Source of the DNA: Bugula neritina
Taxonomy: Eukaryota > Animalia > Bryozoa
Direction of reading: 5' to 3'
Assembly: GCA_964035545.1 (NCBI GenBank)
Contig: CAXIUT010000183.1
Span: forward strand, 558,001-622,000
Length of the DNA stretch: 64,000 nucleotides
Part shown: positions 1-13,900 of the stretch, in pieces
How positions within the stretch are numbered: the first letter of the stretch is position 1
How the letters are laid out: each line of letters begins with the position of its first letter
Notes under the pieces: model-generated
What the model was told of the DNA's origin: nothing
What the model saw: only the letters and a program-made list of their open reading frames with translations
Database searches by the model: none
Program-made: the position numbers and the translations under genes

Positions 1-120
1 TACTGAAATAAACTGCAACACACTGAAATACACCGCAAAATACTACAACATGCTGAAATACACTGTAACATATTGAAATACACTGCAACACTTTGAAATA
101 TACTGCAACATACCGAAATA

Positions 121-370
121 TATGTTAAACTACTAAAATATACTGTAACACTTTGAAAAACAGTGTAACATACTGAAATATACTGCGACACTTTGCAGTG
201 TACTGTAACATACTGAAATATGCTGTAGCACACTGAAATACACTGCAACTCACTGAAATATACTGCAACATATTGAAATACACTGCAACATCCTACAACA
301 TGCTAAAATACACGGTAACATATTGAAATACAGTACAACACGTTGAAATATACTGCAACATACCAGAATA
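121..370. repeat. Representative full-length 250-bp (25-monomer) higher-order unit
   Basis: Diagnostic monomers occur in fixed order: TATGKTAAAC (121), TACTGCGACA (181), TGCTGTAGCA (221), CACTGCAACT (241), TCCTACAACA (291), TACC-type monomer (361). The next GGTA monomer follows at 371. Confidence 0.85.
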
Positions 371-2023
371 CATGGTAAAGTACTGAAATATACTGTAACA
401 CACTGAAAAATACTGCAACATACTGAAATATACTGCGACACATTGCAATATACTGCAACATACCAAAATATATGGTAAACTACTGAAATATACTTTAACA
501 CATTGAAAAATACTGCAATATACTGAAATATACTGTAACACACTGAAATATACTGCAACATACTGAAATACACTGTAACATACTGAAATAAACTGCAACA
601 TACCAAAATATATGGTAAACTACTGAAATATACTTTAACACATTGAAAAATCCTGCAACATACTAAAATATACTGTAACACACTGCAAGATACTGCAACA
701 TACCGAAATACACTGTAACATAGTGAAACACACTGCAACATACTGCATTATACTGACATACACTGGAACATATTGAAATACACTGCAACATCCTACAACA
801 TGCTGAAATGCGCTGTAACATATTGAAATACACTGCAACACATTGAAAAATACTGCAACATACCGAAATATATGGTAAACTATTGAATTATACTGTAACA
901 CATTGAAAAATACTGGAACACACTGAAATATACTCTGACACAATGCAAAATACTGTAACATACTGAAATATGCTGTAGCACACTGAAATACACTGCAACT
1001 CACTGAAATATACTGCAACATACTGAAAAACACTGTAACATATTGAGACATACTGCAACATACTGCAACATACTGAAATACACTGTAACATCCTGAAATA
1101 CATTGCAAAATACTGCAACATATTGAAATACACTGTAACACATTGAAAAATACTGCAACATACTGAAATACACTGCAACCCACTGAAATACATCGCAAAA
1201 GACTACAACATACTGAAATACACTGTAACATATATTCAATACACTGCAACACATTGAAATATACTGCAACCTATAGAAATATATGGTAAACTACTGAAAT
1301 ATACTGTAACGCATTGAAAAATACTGCAACATACTGAAATATACTGTAACAAACTGAAATATACTGCAACATACTGAAATACACTGTAACATACTGAAAT
1401 AAACTGCAACATACTGAAGTACACTGCAACATCCTACAACATACTGAAATACAATGTAACATATTGAAACACACTGCAACACATTGAAATATACTGCCAT
1501 GTACCGAATTATATGGTGGACTACTGAAATATACTGTAACACATTGAAAAATACTGCAAGATACTGAAATATACTGCGACACATTGCAATATACTGTAAC
1601 ATACCGAAATATATGGTAAACTATTGAATTATACTGTAACACATTGAAAAATACTGCAACATACTGAAATATACTGTAACACACTGAAATATACTGCAAC
1701 ATACTGAAATACACTGTAACATATTGAAATACACTGCAACAAACTACAACATATTGAAATACACTGCAACGCATTGAAAGACACTGCAACACATTGAAAT
1801 ATACTGCAATATACCAATATATATGGTAAACTGCTGAAATATACTTTAACACATTGAAAAATACTGCAACATACTGAAATATACTGTAACACACTGAAAT
1901 ATACTGCAACATACTGCAACAATCTGAAATACACTGTAACATACTGAAATACACTGCAACAAACTACAACATATTGAAATACACTGCAACACATTGAAAT
2001 ATACTGCAACATACCTAAATATA

Positions 2024-2044
2024 CGGTAATATACCGAAAAAAAA
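2024..2044 (+). other. Representative hairpin plus A-tract locus (CGGTA-ATA-TACCG-A8); ~46 copies of this locus or its TAGCGG-A7 / TAAGG-A8 variants across the window
   Basis: Seen directly. It sits downstream of a TACCTAAATATACGGTA-type monomer pair and is nearly always followed by CTGTRACAGATT. Confidence 0.85.
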
Positions 2045-5000
2045 CTGTAACAGATTGAAAAATTCTGCAACATACTGAAATAAACTGCAACACACTGAAA
2101 TACACCGCAAAATACTACAACATGCTGAAATACACTGTAACATATTGAAATACACTGCAACACTTTGAAATATACTGCAACATACCGAAATATATGTTAA
2201 ACTACTAAAATATACTGTAACACTTTGAAAAACAGTGCAACATACTGAAATATACTGCGACACTTTGCAATGTACTGTAACATACTGAAATATGCTGTAG
2301 CACACTGAAATACACTGCAACTCACTGAAATATACTGCAACATATTGAAATACACTGCAACATCCTACAACATGCTAAAATACACGGTAACATATTGAAA
2401 TACAGTACAACACGTTGAAATATACTGCAACATACCGGAATATATGGTAAAGTACTGAAATATACTGTAACACACTGAAAAATACTGCAACATACTGAAA
2501 TATACTGCGACACATTGCAATATACTGCAACATACCAAAATATATGGTAAACTACTGAAATATACTTTAACACATTGAAAAATACTGCAACATACTGAAA
2601 TATACTGTAACACACTAAAATATACTGCAACATACTGAAATACACTGTAACATACTGAAATAAACTGCAACATACCAAAATATATGGTAAACTACTGAAA
2701 TATACTTTAACACATTGAAAAATCCTGCAACATACTAAAATATACTGCGACACATTGCAATATACTGTAACATACTGAAATATGCTCTAGCACACTGAAA
2801 TACACTGCAACTCACTGAAATATACTGCAACATACTGAAATACACTGCAACACATTGAAATATACTGCAACCTACAGAAATAGGTGGTAAACTACTGAAA
2901 TATACTGTAACACATTGAAAAATACTGCAACATACTGAAATATACTGCGACACATTGTAATATACTGTAACATACTGAAACATACTGTAGCACACTGAAA
3001 TAGACTGCAGCTCACTGAAATATACTGCATTATACTGAAATTCACTGCAGCATCCTACAACATGCTGAAATACACTGTAACATATTGAAATACACTGCAA
3101 CAAACTACAACATATTGAAATACACTGCAAGGCATTGAAAGACACTGCAACACATTGAAATATACTGCAACATACCTAAATATACGGTAATATACTGAAA
3201 TATACTGTAACACATTGAAAAATACTGCAAGATACTGAAATATACTGTGACACATTGCAATATACTGTAACATACTGAAATATGCTCAAGCACACTGAAA
3301 CACACTGCACCTCACTGAAACATACTGCAACATACTGAAATACACTGCAACATCCTACAACATACTGAAACACACTGCAACATATTGAAAGACACTGCAA
3401 GACAATGAAATATACTGCAACATACTGAAATATACTGTAACACACTGAAATATACTGCAACATACTGAAATACACTGCTACATACTGAAATATACTGCAA
3501 CATACTGCAACATACTGAAATACACTGTAACATACTGAAATACACTGCAACAAACTACAACATATTGAAATACACTGCAACACATTGAAATATACTGCAA
3601 CATACCTAAATATACGGTAATATAGCGGAAAAAAACTGTAACAGATTTACAAATTCTGCAACATACTGAAATATACTGCGACACATTGCAATATACTGTA
3701 ACATACTGAAATATGCTCTAGCACACTGAAATACACTGCAACCCACTGAAATATACTGCAACATACGGAAATACACTGCAACACATTGAAACACACTGCA
3801 ACATACCAAAATAAATGGTAAACTACTGAAATATACTTTAACACATTGAAAAATACTGCAACATACTGAAATATACTGTAACACACTGAAATATACTGCA
3901 AAATACTGAAATACACTGTAACATATTGAAATACACTGCAACAAACTACAACATATTGAAATACACTGCAACGCATTGAAAGACACTGCAACACATTGAA
4001 ATATACTGCAATATACCAATATATATGGTAAACTGCTGAAATATACTTTAACACATTGAAAAATACTGCAACATACTGAAATATACTGTAACACACTGAA
4101 ATATACTGCAACATACTGCAACAATCTGAAATACACTGTAACATACTGAAATACACTGCAACAAACTACAACATATTGAAATACACTGCAACACATTGAA
4201 ATATACTGCAACATACCTAAATATACGGTAATATACCGAAAAAAAACTGTAACAGATTGAAAAATTCTGCAACATACTGAAATAAACTGCAACACACTGA
4301 AATACATCGCAAAATACTACAACATACTGAAATACACTGTAACATATTGAAATACACTGCAACACTTTGAAATATACTGCAACATACCGAAATATATGTT
4401 AAACTACTAAAATATACTGCAACACTTTGAAAAACAGTGTAACATACTGAAATATACTGCGACACTTTGCAGTGTACTGTAACATACTGAAATATGCTGT
4501 AGCACACTGAAATACACTGCAACTCACTGAAATATACTGCACAATATTGAAATACACTGCAACATCCTACAACATGCTAAAATACACGGTAACATATTGA
4601 AATACAGTACAACACGTTGAAATATACTGCAACATACCGGAATACATGGTAAAGTACTGAAATATACTGTAACACACTGAAAAATACTGCAACATACTGA
4701 AATATACTGCGACACATTGCAATATACTGCAACATACCAAAATATATGGTAAACTACTGAAATATACTTTAACACATTGAAAAATACTGCAATATACTGA
4801 AATATACTGTAACACACTGAAATATACTGCAACATACTGAAATACACTGTAACATACTGAAATAAACTGCAACATACCAAAATATATGGTAAACTACTGA
4901 AATATACTTTAACACATTGAAAAATCCTGCAACATACTAAAATATACTGTAACACACTGCAAGATACTGCAACATACCGAAATACACTGTAACATAGTGA

Positions 5001-5139
5001 AACACACTGCAACATACTGCATTATACTGACATACACTGGAACATATTGAAATACACTGCAACATCCTACAACATGCTGAAATGCGCTGTAACATATTGA
5101 AATACACTGCAACACATTGAAAAATACTGCAACATACCG

Positions 5140-6440
5140 AAATATATGGTAAACTATTGAATTATACTGTAACACATTGAAAAATACTGGAACACACTGA
5201 AATATACTCTGACACAATGCAAAATACTGTAACATACTGAAATATGCTGTAGCACACTGAAATACACTGCAACTCACTGAAATATACTGCAACATACTGA
5301 AAAACACTGTAACATATTGAGACATACTGCAACATACTGCAACATACTGAAATACACTGTAACATCCTGAAATACATTGCAAAATACTGCAACATATTGA
5401 AATACACTGCAACACATTGAAATATACTGCAACATACCTAAATATCCGGTAATATACTGAAATATACTGTAACACATTGAAAAATACTGCAACATACTGA
5501 AATACACTGCAACCCACTGAAATACATCGCAAAAGACTACAACATACTGAAATACACTGTAACATATATTCAATACACTGCAACACATTGAAATATACTG
5601 CAACCTATAGAAATATATGGTAAACTACTGAAATATACTGTAACGCATTGAAAAATACTGCAACATACTGAAATATACTGTAACAAACTGAAATATACTG
5701 CAACATACTGAAATACACTGTAACATACTGAAATAAACTGCAACATACTGAAGTACACTGCAACATCCTACAACATACTGAAATACAATGTAACATATTG
5801 AAACACACTGCAACACATTGAAATATACTGCCATGTACCGAATTATATGGTGGACTACTGAAATATACTGTAACACATTGAAAAATACTGCAAGATACTG
5901 AAATATACTGCGACACATTGCAATATACTGTAACATACCGAAATATATGGTAAACTATTGAATTATACTGTAACACATTGAAAAATACTGAAACAAACTG
6001 AAATATACTCTGACACAATGCAAAATACTGTAACATACTGAAATATGCTGTAGCACACTGAAATACACTGCAACTCACTGAAATATACTGCAACATACTG
6101 AAAAACACTGTAACATATTGAGACATACTGCAACATACTGCAACATACTGAAATACACTGTAACATACTGAAATACATTGCAAAATACTGCAACATATTG
6201 AAATACACTGCAACACATTGAAATATACTGCAACATACCTAAATATCCGGTAATATACTGAGATATACTGTAACACATTGAAAAATACTGCAACATACTG
6301 AAATACACTGCAACCCACTGAAATACATCGCAAAAGACTACAACATACTGAAATACACTGTAACATATTGAAATACACTGCAACACATTGAAATATACTG
6401 CAACCTATAGAAATATATGGTAAACTACTGAAATATACTG
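5140..6440. repeat. Local duplication ~5140-5640 vs ~5941-6440 (offset 800-801)
   Basis: ORF pair 5162..5407/5963..6208. The markers CTATTGAATT, CTCTGACACAATG, TTGAGACAT, CATCGCAAAAGAC and CCTATAG recur in the same order. Confidence 0.75.
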
Positions 6441-9400
6441 TAACACATTGAAAAATACTGCATCATACTGAAATATACTGCGACATAATGCAATATTCTG
6501 TAACATACTGAGATATGCTGTAGCACACTGAAATACACTACAACTCACTGAAACATACTGCAACATACTGAAATACACTGTAACATCCTACAACATACTG
6601 AAATACACAGTAACATATTGAAATACACTGCAACACATTGAGATATACTGCAACATACCTAAATATACGGTAATATACTGAAATATACTGTATCACATTG
6701 AAAAATACTGCAAGATACTGAAATATACTGTGACACATTGCAATATACTGTAACATACTGAAATATGCTCAAGCACACTGAAACACACTGCACCTCACTG
6801 AAACATACTGCAACATACTGAAATACACTGCAACATCCTACAACATACTCAAATACACTGCAACATATTGAAAGACACTGCAAGACAATGAAATATACTG
6901 CAACATACTGAAATATACTGTAACACACTGAAATATACTGCAACATACTGAAATACACTGCTACATACTGAAATATACTGCAACATACTGCAACATACTG
7001 AAATACACTGTAACATACTGAAATACACTGCAACAAACTACAACATATTGAAATACACTGCAACACATTGCAATATACTGCAACATACCTAAATATACGG
7101 TAATATAGCGGAAAAAAACTGTAACAGATTGACAAATCCTGCAACATACTGAAATATACTGCGACGCATTGCAATATACTGTAACATACTGAAATATGCT
7201 CTAGCACACTGAAATACACTGCAACCCACTGAAATATACTGCAACATACGGAAATACACTGCAACACATTGAAATACACTGCAACATACCAAAATAAATG
7301 GTAAACTACTGAAATATACTTTAACACATTGAAAAATACTGCAACATACTGAAATATACTGTAACACACTGAAATATACTGCAACATACTGAAATACACT
7401 GTAACATATTGAAATACACTGCAACAAACTACAACATATTGAAATACACTGCAACGCATTGAAAGACACTGCAACACATTGAAATATACTGCAATATACC
7501 AATATATATGGTAAACTGCTGAAATATACTTTAACACATTGAAAAATACTGCAACATACTGAAATATACTGTAACACACTGAAATATACTGCAACATACT
7601 GCAACAATCTGAAATACACTGTAACATACTGAAATACACTGCAACAAACTACAACATATTGAAATACACTGCAACACATTGAAATATACTGCAACATACC
7701 TAAATATACAGTAATATACCGAAAAAAAACTGTAACAGATTGAAAAATTCTGCAACATACTGAAATAAACTGCAACACACTGAAATACACCGCAAAATAC
7801 TACAACATACCGAAATACACTGTAACATATTGAAATACACTGCAACACTTTGAAATATACTGCAACATACCGAAATATATGGTAAACTACTAAAATATAC
7901 TGTAACACTTTGAAAAACAGTGCAACATACTGAAATATACTGCGACACTTTGCAATGTACTGTAACATACTGAAATATGCTGTAGCACACTGAAATACAC
8001 TGCAACTCACTGAAATATACTGCAACATATTGAAATACACTGCAACATCCTACAACATGCCAAAATACACGGTAACATATTGAAATACAGTACAACACGT
8101 TGAAATATACTGCAACATACCGGAATGTATGGTAAAGTACTTAAAGATACTGTAACACACTGAAAAATACTGCAACATACTGAAATATACTGCGACACAT
8201 TGCAATATACTGCAACATACCAAAATATATGGTAAACTACTGAAATATACTTTAACACATTGAAAAATACTGCAACATACTGAAATATACTGTAACACAC
8301 TGAAATATACTGCAACATACTGAAATACACTGTAACATACTGAAATAAACTGCAACATACCAAAATATATGGTAAACTACTGAAATATACTTTAACACAT
8401 TGAAAAATCCTGCAACATACTAAAATATACTGTAACACACTGCAAGATACTGCAACATACCGAAATACACTGTAACATAGTGAAACACACTGCAACATAC
8501 TGCATTATACTGACATACACTGGAACATATTGAAATACACTGCAACATCCTACAACATGCTGAAATACGCTGTAACATATTGAAATACACTGCAACACAT
8601 TGAAAAATACTGCAACATACCGAAATATATGGTAAACTATTGAATTATACTGTAACACATTGAAAAATACTGGAACACACTGAAATATACTCTGACACAA
8701 TGCAAAATACTATAACATACTGAAATATGCTGTAGCACACTGAAATACACTGCAACTCACTGAAATATACTGCAACATACTGAAAAACACTGTAACATAT
8801 TGAGACATACTGCAACATACTGCAACATACTGAAATACACTGTAACATACTGAAATGCATTGCAAAATACTGCAACATATTGAAATACACTGCAACACAT
8901 TGAAATATACTGCAACATACCTAAATATCCGGTAATATACTGAAATATACTGTAACACATTGAAAAATACTGCAACATACTGAAATACACTGCAACCCAC
9001 TGAAATACATCGCAAAAGACTACAACATACTGAAATACACTGTAACATATTGAAATACACTGCAACACATTGAAATATACTGCAACCTATAGAAATATAT
9101 GGTAAACTACTGAAATATACTGTAACGCATTGAAAAATACTGCAACATACTGAAATATACTGTAACAAACTGAAATATACTGCAACATACTGAAATACAC
9201 TGTAACATACTGAAATAAACTGCAACATACTGAAGTACACTGCAACATCCTACAACATACTGAAATACAATGTAACATATTGAAACACACTGCAACACAT
9301 TGAAATATACTGCAATGTACCGAATTATATGGTGGACTACTGAAATATACTGTAACACATTGAAAAATACTGCAAGATACTGAAATATACTGCGACACAT

Positions 9401-12400
9401 TGCAATATACTGTAACATACTGAAATATGCTACAGCACACTGAAATACACTGCAACTCACTGAAATATATACCACAACATATTGAAATACACTGCAACAT
9501 TCTACAACATGCTGAAACACACAGTAACGTATTGAAATACACTGCAACACATTGAAATATACAGCAACATACCGAAATATATGGTAAACTACTGAAATAG
9601 ACTGTAACACATTGCAAAGGACTGCAACATACTGAAATATACCGCGACACATTGCAATATACTGTAACATACTGAAATATGCTCTAGCACACTGAAATAC
9701 ACTGCAACTCACTGAAATATACTGCAACATACTGAAATACACTGCAACACATTGAAATATACTGCAACCTACAGAAATAGGTGGTAAACTACTGAAATAT
9801 ACTGTAACACATTGAAAAATACTGCAACATAATGAAATATACTGCGACACATTCTAATATACTGTAACATACTGAAACATACTGCAGCACACTGAAATAG
9901 ACTGCAGCTCACTGAAATATACTGCATTATACTGAAATTCACTGCAGCATCCTACAACATGCTGAAATACACTGTAACATAATGAAATACACTGCAACAA
10001 ACTACAACATATTGAAATACACTGCAACGCATTGAAAGACACTGCAACACATTGAAATATACTGCAATATACTAATATATATGGTAAACTGCTGAAATAT
10101 ACTTTAACACATTGAAAAATACTGCAATATACTGTAACACACTGAAATATACTGCAACATACTGAAATACACTGCTAGATACTGAAATATACTGCAACAT
10201 ACTGCAACAATCTGAAATACACTGTAACATACTGAAATACACTGCAACAAACTACAACATATTGAAATACACTGCAACACATTGAAATATACCGCAACAT
10301 ACCTAAATATACGGTAATATACCGAAAAAAAAACTGTAACAGATTGAAAAATTCTGCAACATACTGAAATAAACTGCAACACACTGAAATACACCGCAAA
10401 ATACTACAACATACTGAAATACACTGTAACATATTGAAATACACTGCAACACTTTGAAATATACTGCAACATACCGAAATATATGTTAAACTACTAAAAT
10501 ATACTGTAACACTTTGAAAAACAGTGCAACATATTGAAATATACTGCGACATTTTGCAATGTACTGTAACATACTGAAATATGCTGTAGCACACTGAAAT
10601 ACACTGCAACTCACTGAAATATACTGCAACATATTGAAATACACTGCAACATCCTACAACATGCTAAAATACACTGTAACATATTGAAATACAGTACAAC
10701 ACATTGAAATATACTGCAACATACCGGAATATATGGTAAAGTACTGAAAAATACTGTAACACACTGAAAAATACTGCAACATACTGAAATATACTGCGAC
10801 ACATTGCAATATACTGCAACATACCAAAATATATGGTAAACTACTGAAATATACTTTAACACATTGAAAAATACTGCAACATACTGAAATATACTGTAAC
10901 ACACTGAAATATACTGCAACATACTGAAATACACTGTAACATACTGAAATAAACTGCAACATACCAAAATATATGGTAAACTACTGAAATATACTTTAAC
11001 ACATTGAAAAATCCTGCAACATACTAAAATATACTGTAACACACTGCAAGATACTGCAACATACCGAAATACACTGTAACATAGTGAAACACACTGCAAC
11101 ATACTGCATTATACTGACATACACTAGAACATATTGAAATACACTGCAACATCCTACAACATGCTGAAATACGCTGTAACATATTGAAATACACTGCAAC
11201 ACATTGAAAAATACTGCAACATACCGAAATATATGGTAAACTATTGAATTATACTGTAACACATTGAAAAATACTGAAACAAACTGAAATATACTCTGAC
11301 ACAATGCAAAATACTGTAACATACTGAAATATGCTGTAGCACACTGAAATACACTGCAACTCACTGAAATATACTGCAACATACTGAAATACACTGTAAC
11401 ATACTGAAATACATTGCAAAAGACTGCAACATATTGAAATACACTGCAACACATTGAAATACACTGCAACATACCAAAATAAATGGTAAACTACTGAAAT
11501 ATACTTTAACACATTGAAAAATACTGCAACATACTGAAATATGCTGTAACACACTGAAATATACTGCAACATACTGAAATACACTGTAACATATTGAAAT
11601 ACACTGCAACAAACTACAACATATTGAAATACACTGCAACGCATTGAAAGACACTGCAACACATTGAAATATACTGCAATATACCAATATATATGGTAAA
11701 CTGCTGAAATATACTTTAACACATTGAAAAATACTGCAACATACTGAAATATACTGTAAGACACTGAAATATACTGCAACATACTGCAACAATCTGAAAT
11801 ACACTGTAACATACTGAAATACACTGCAACAAACTACAACATATTGAAATACACTGCAACACATTGAAATATACTGCAACATACCTAAATATACGGTAAT
11901 ATACCGAAAGAAAACTGTAACAGATTGAAAAATTCTGCAACATACTGAAATAAACTGCAACACACTGAAATACACCGCAAAATACTACAACATGCTGAAA
12001 TACACTGTAACATATTGAAATACACTGCAACACTTTGAAATATACTGCAACATACCGAAATATATGTTAAACTACTAAAATATACTGTAACACTTTGAAA
12101 AACAGTGCAACATACTGAAATATACTGCGACACTTTGCAATGTACTGTAACATACTGAAATATGCTACAGCACACTGAAATACACTGCAACCCACTGAAA
12201 TATACTGCAACATATTGAAATACACTGCAACATTCTACAAGATGCTGAAACACACTGTAACGTATTGAAATACACTGCAACACATTGAAAAAAACAGCAA
12301 CATACCGAAATATATGGTAAACTACTGAAATATACTGTAACGCATTAAAAAATACTGCATCATACTGAAATATACTGCGACATAATGCAATATTCTGTAA

Positions 12401-13400
12401 CATACTGAGATATGCTGTAGCACACTGAAATACACTAGAACTCACTGAAACATACTGCAACATACTGAAATACACTGTAACATCCTACAACATACTGAAA
12501 TACACAGTAACATATTGAAATACACTGCAACACATTGAAATATACTGCAACATACCTAAATATACGGTAATATATTGAAATATACTGTATCACATTGAAA
12601 AATACTGCAAGATACTGAAATATACTGTGACACATTGCAATATACTGTAACATACTGAAATATGCTCAAGCACACTGAAACACACTGCACCTCACTGAAA
12701 CATACTGCAACATACTGAAATACACTGCAACATCCTACAACATACTCAAATACACTGCAACATATTGAAAGACACTGCAAGACAATGAAATATACTGCAA
12801 CATACTGAAATATACTGTAACACACTGAAATATACTGCAACATACTGAAATACACTGCTACATACTGAAATATACTGCAACATACTGCAACATACTGAAA
12901 TACACTGTAACATACTGAAATACACTGCAACAAACTACAACATATTGAAATACACTGCAACACATTGAAATATACTGCAACATACCTAAATATACGGTAA
13001 TATAGCGGAAAAAAACTGTAACAGATTGACAAATCCTGCAACATACTGAAATATACTGCGACGCATTGCAATATACTGTAACATACTGAAATATGCTCTA
13101 GCACACTGAAATACACTGCAACCCACTGAAATATACTGCAACATACGGAAATACACTGCAACACATTGAAATACACTGCAACATACCAAAATAAATGGTA
13201 AACTACTGAAATATACTTTAACACATTGAAAAATACTGCAACATACTGAAATATACTGTAACACACTGAAATATACTGCAACATACTGAAATACACTGTA
13301 ACATATTGAAATACACTGCAACAAACTACAACATATCGAAATACACTGCAACGCATTGAAAGACACTGCAACACATTGAAATATACTGCAATATACCAAT

Positions 13401-13900
13401 ATATATGGTAAACTACTGAAATATACTGTAACACATTGAAAAATACTGCAACATACTGAAACATACTGCGACACATTGCAATATACTGTAACATACTGCA
13501 ACATGCTGTAGCACACTGAATTAGACTGCAGCTCACTGAAATATACTGCAACATACTGAAATTCACTGCAGCATCCTACAACATGCTGAAATACACTGTA
13601 ACATATTGAAATACACTGCAACACATTGAAATATACTGCAACATACCGCAATATATGGTAAACTACTGAAATATACTGTAACACATTGAAAAATACTGCA
13701 TCATACTGAAATATACTGCGACATAATGCAATATTCTGTAACATACTGAGATATGCTGTAGCACACTGAAATACACTACAACTCACTGAAACATACTGCA
13801 ACATACTGAAATACACTGTAACATCCTACAACATACAGAAATACACAGTAACATATTGAAATACACTGCAACACATTGAAATATACTGCAACATACCTAA
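13401..13900. repeat. Two consecutive full-length 250-bp higher-order units
   Basis: GGTA marker blocks at 13401, 13651 and 13901 are exactly 250 bp apart, with the same internal order of diagnostic monomers. The same spacing occurs at 12311/12561 and 36691/36941. Confidence 0.88.

Larger units (their letters stand above)
1..5990. repeat. Block duplication ~1-1650 vs ~4275-5990 (offset 4274, then 4334 after a 60-bp indel)
   Basis: Matching ORF-track pairs 250..741/4524..5015 and 1236..1424/5570..5758. Shared private variants CTTTGCAGTG (191/4465) and the +1 insertion TATATTCAAT (1231/5565). Confidence 0.85.

Noticed and set aside
461-477. CENP-B box
   Set aside because: The 17-bp dyad lacks the TTCG....A..CGGG core on both strands; only the length coincides.
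2024-2044. Intrinsic (rho-independent) terminator at the hairpin plus A-tract
   Set aside because: The stem is only 5 bp. On the plus strand it is followed by A rather than T, and on the minus strand the T-run precedes the hairpin. There is no upstream gene.
2037-2044. Retroelement poly(A) tails or programmed frameshift sites at the A7-A9 tracts
   Set aside because: The tracts replace the AAATATA of a normal monomer junction. There are no target-site duplications, element body or real CDS.
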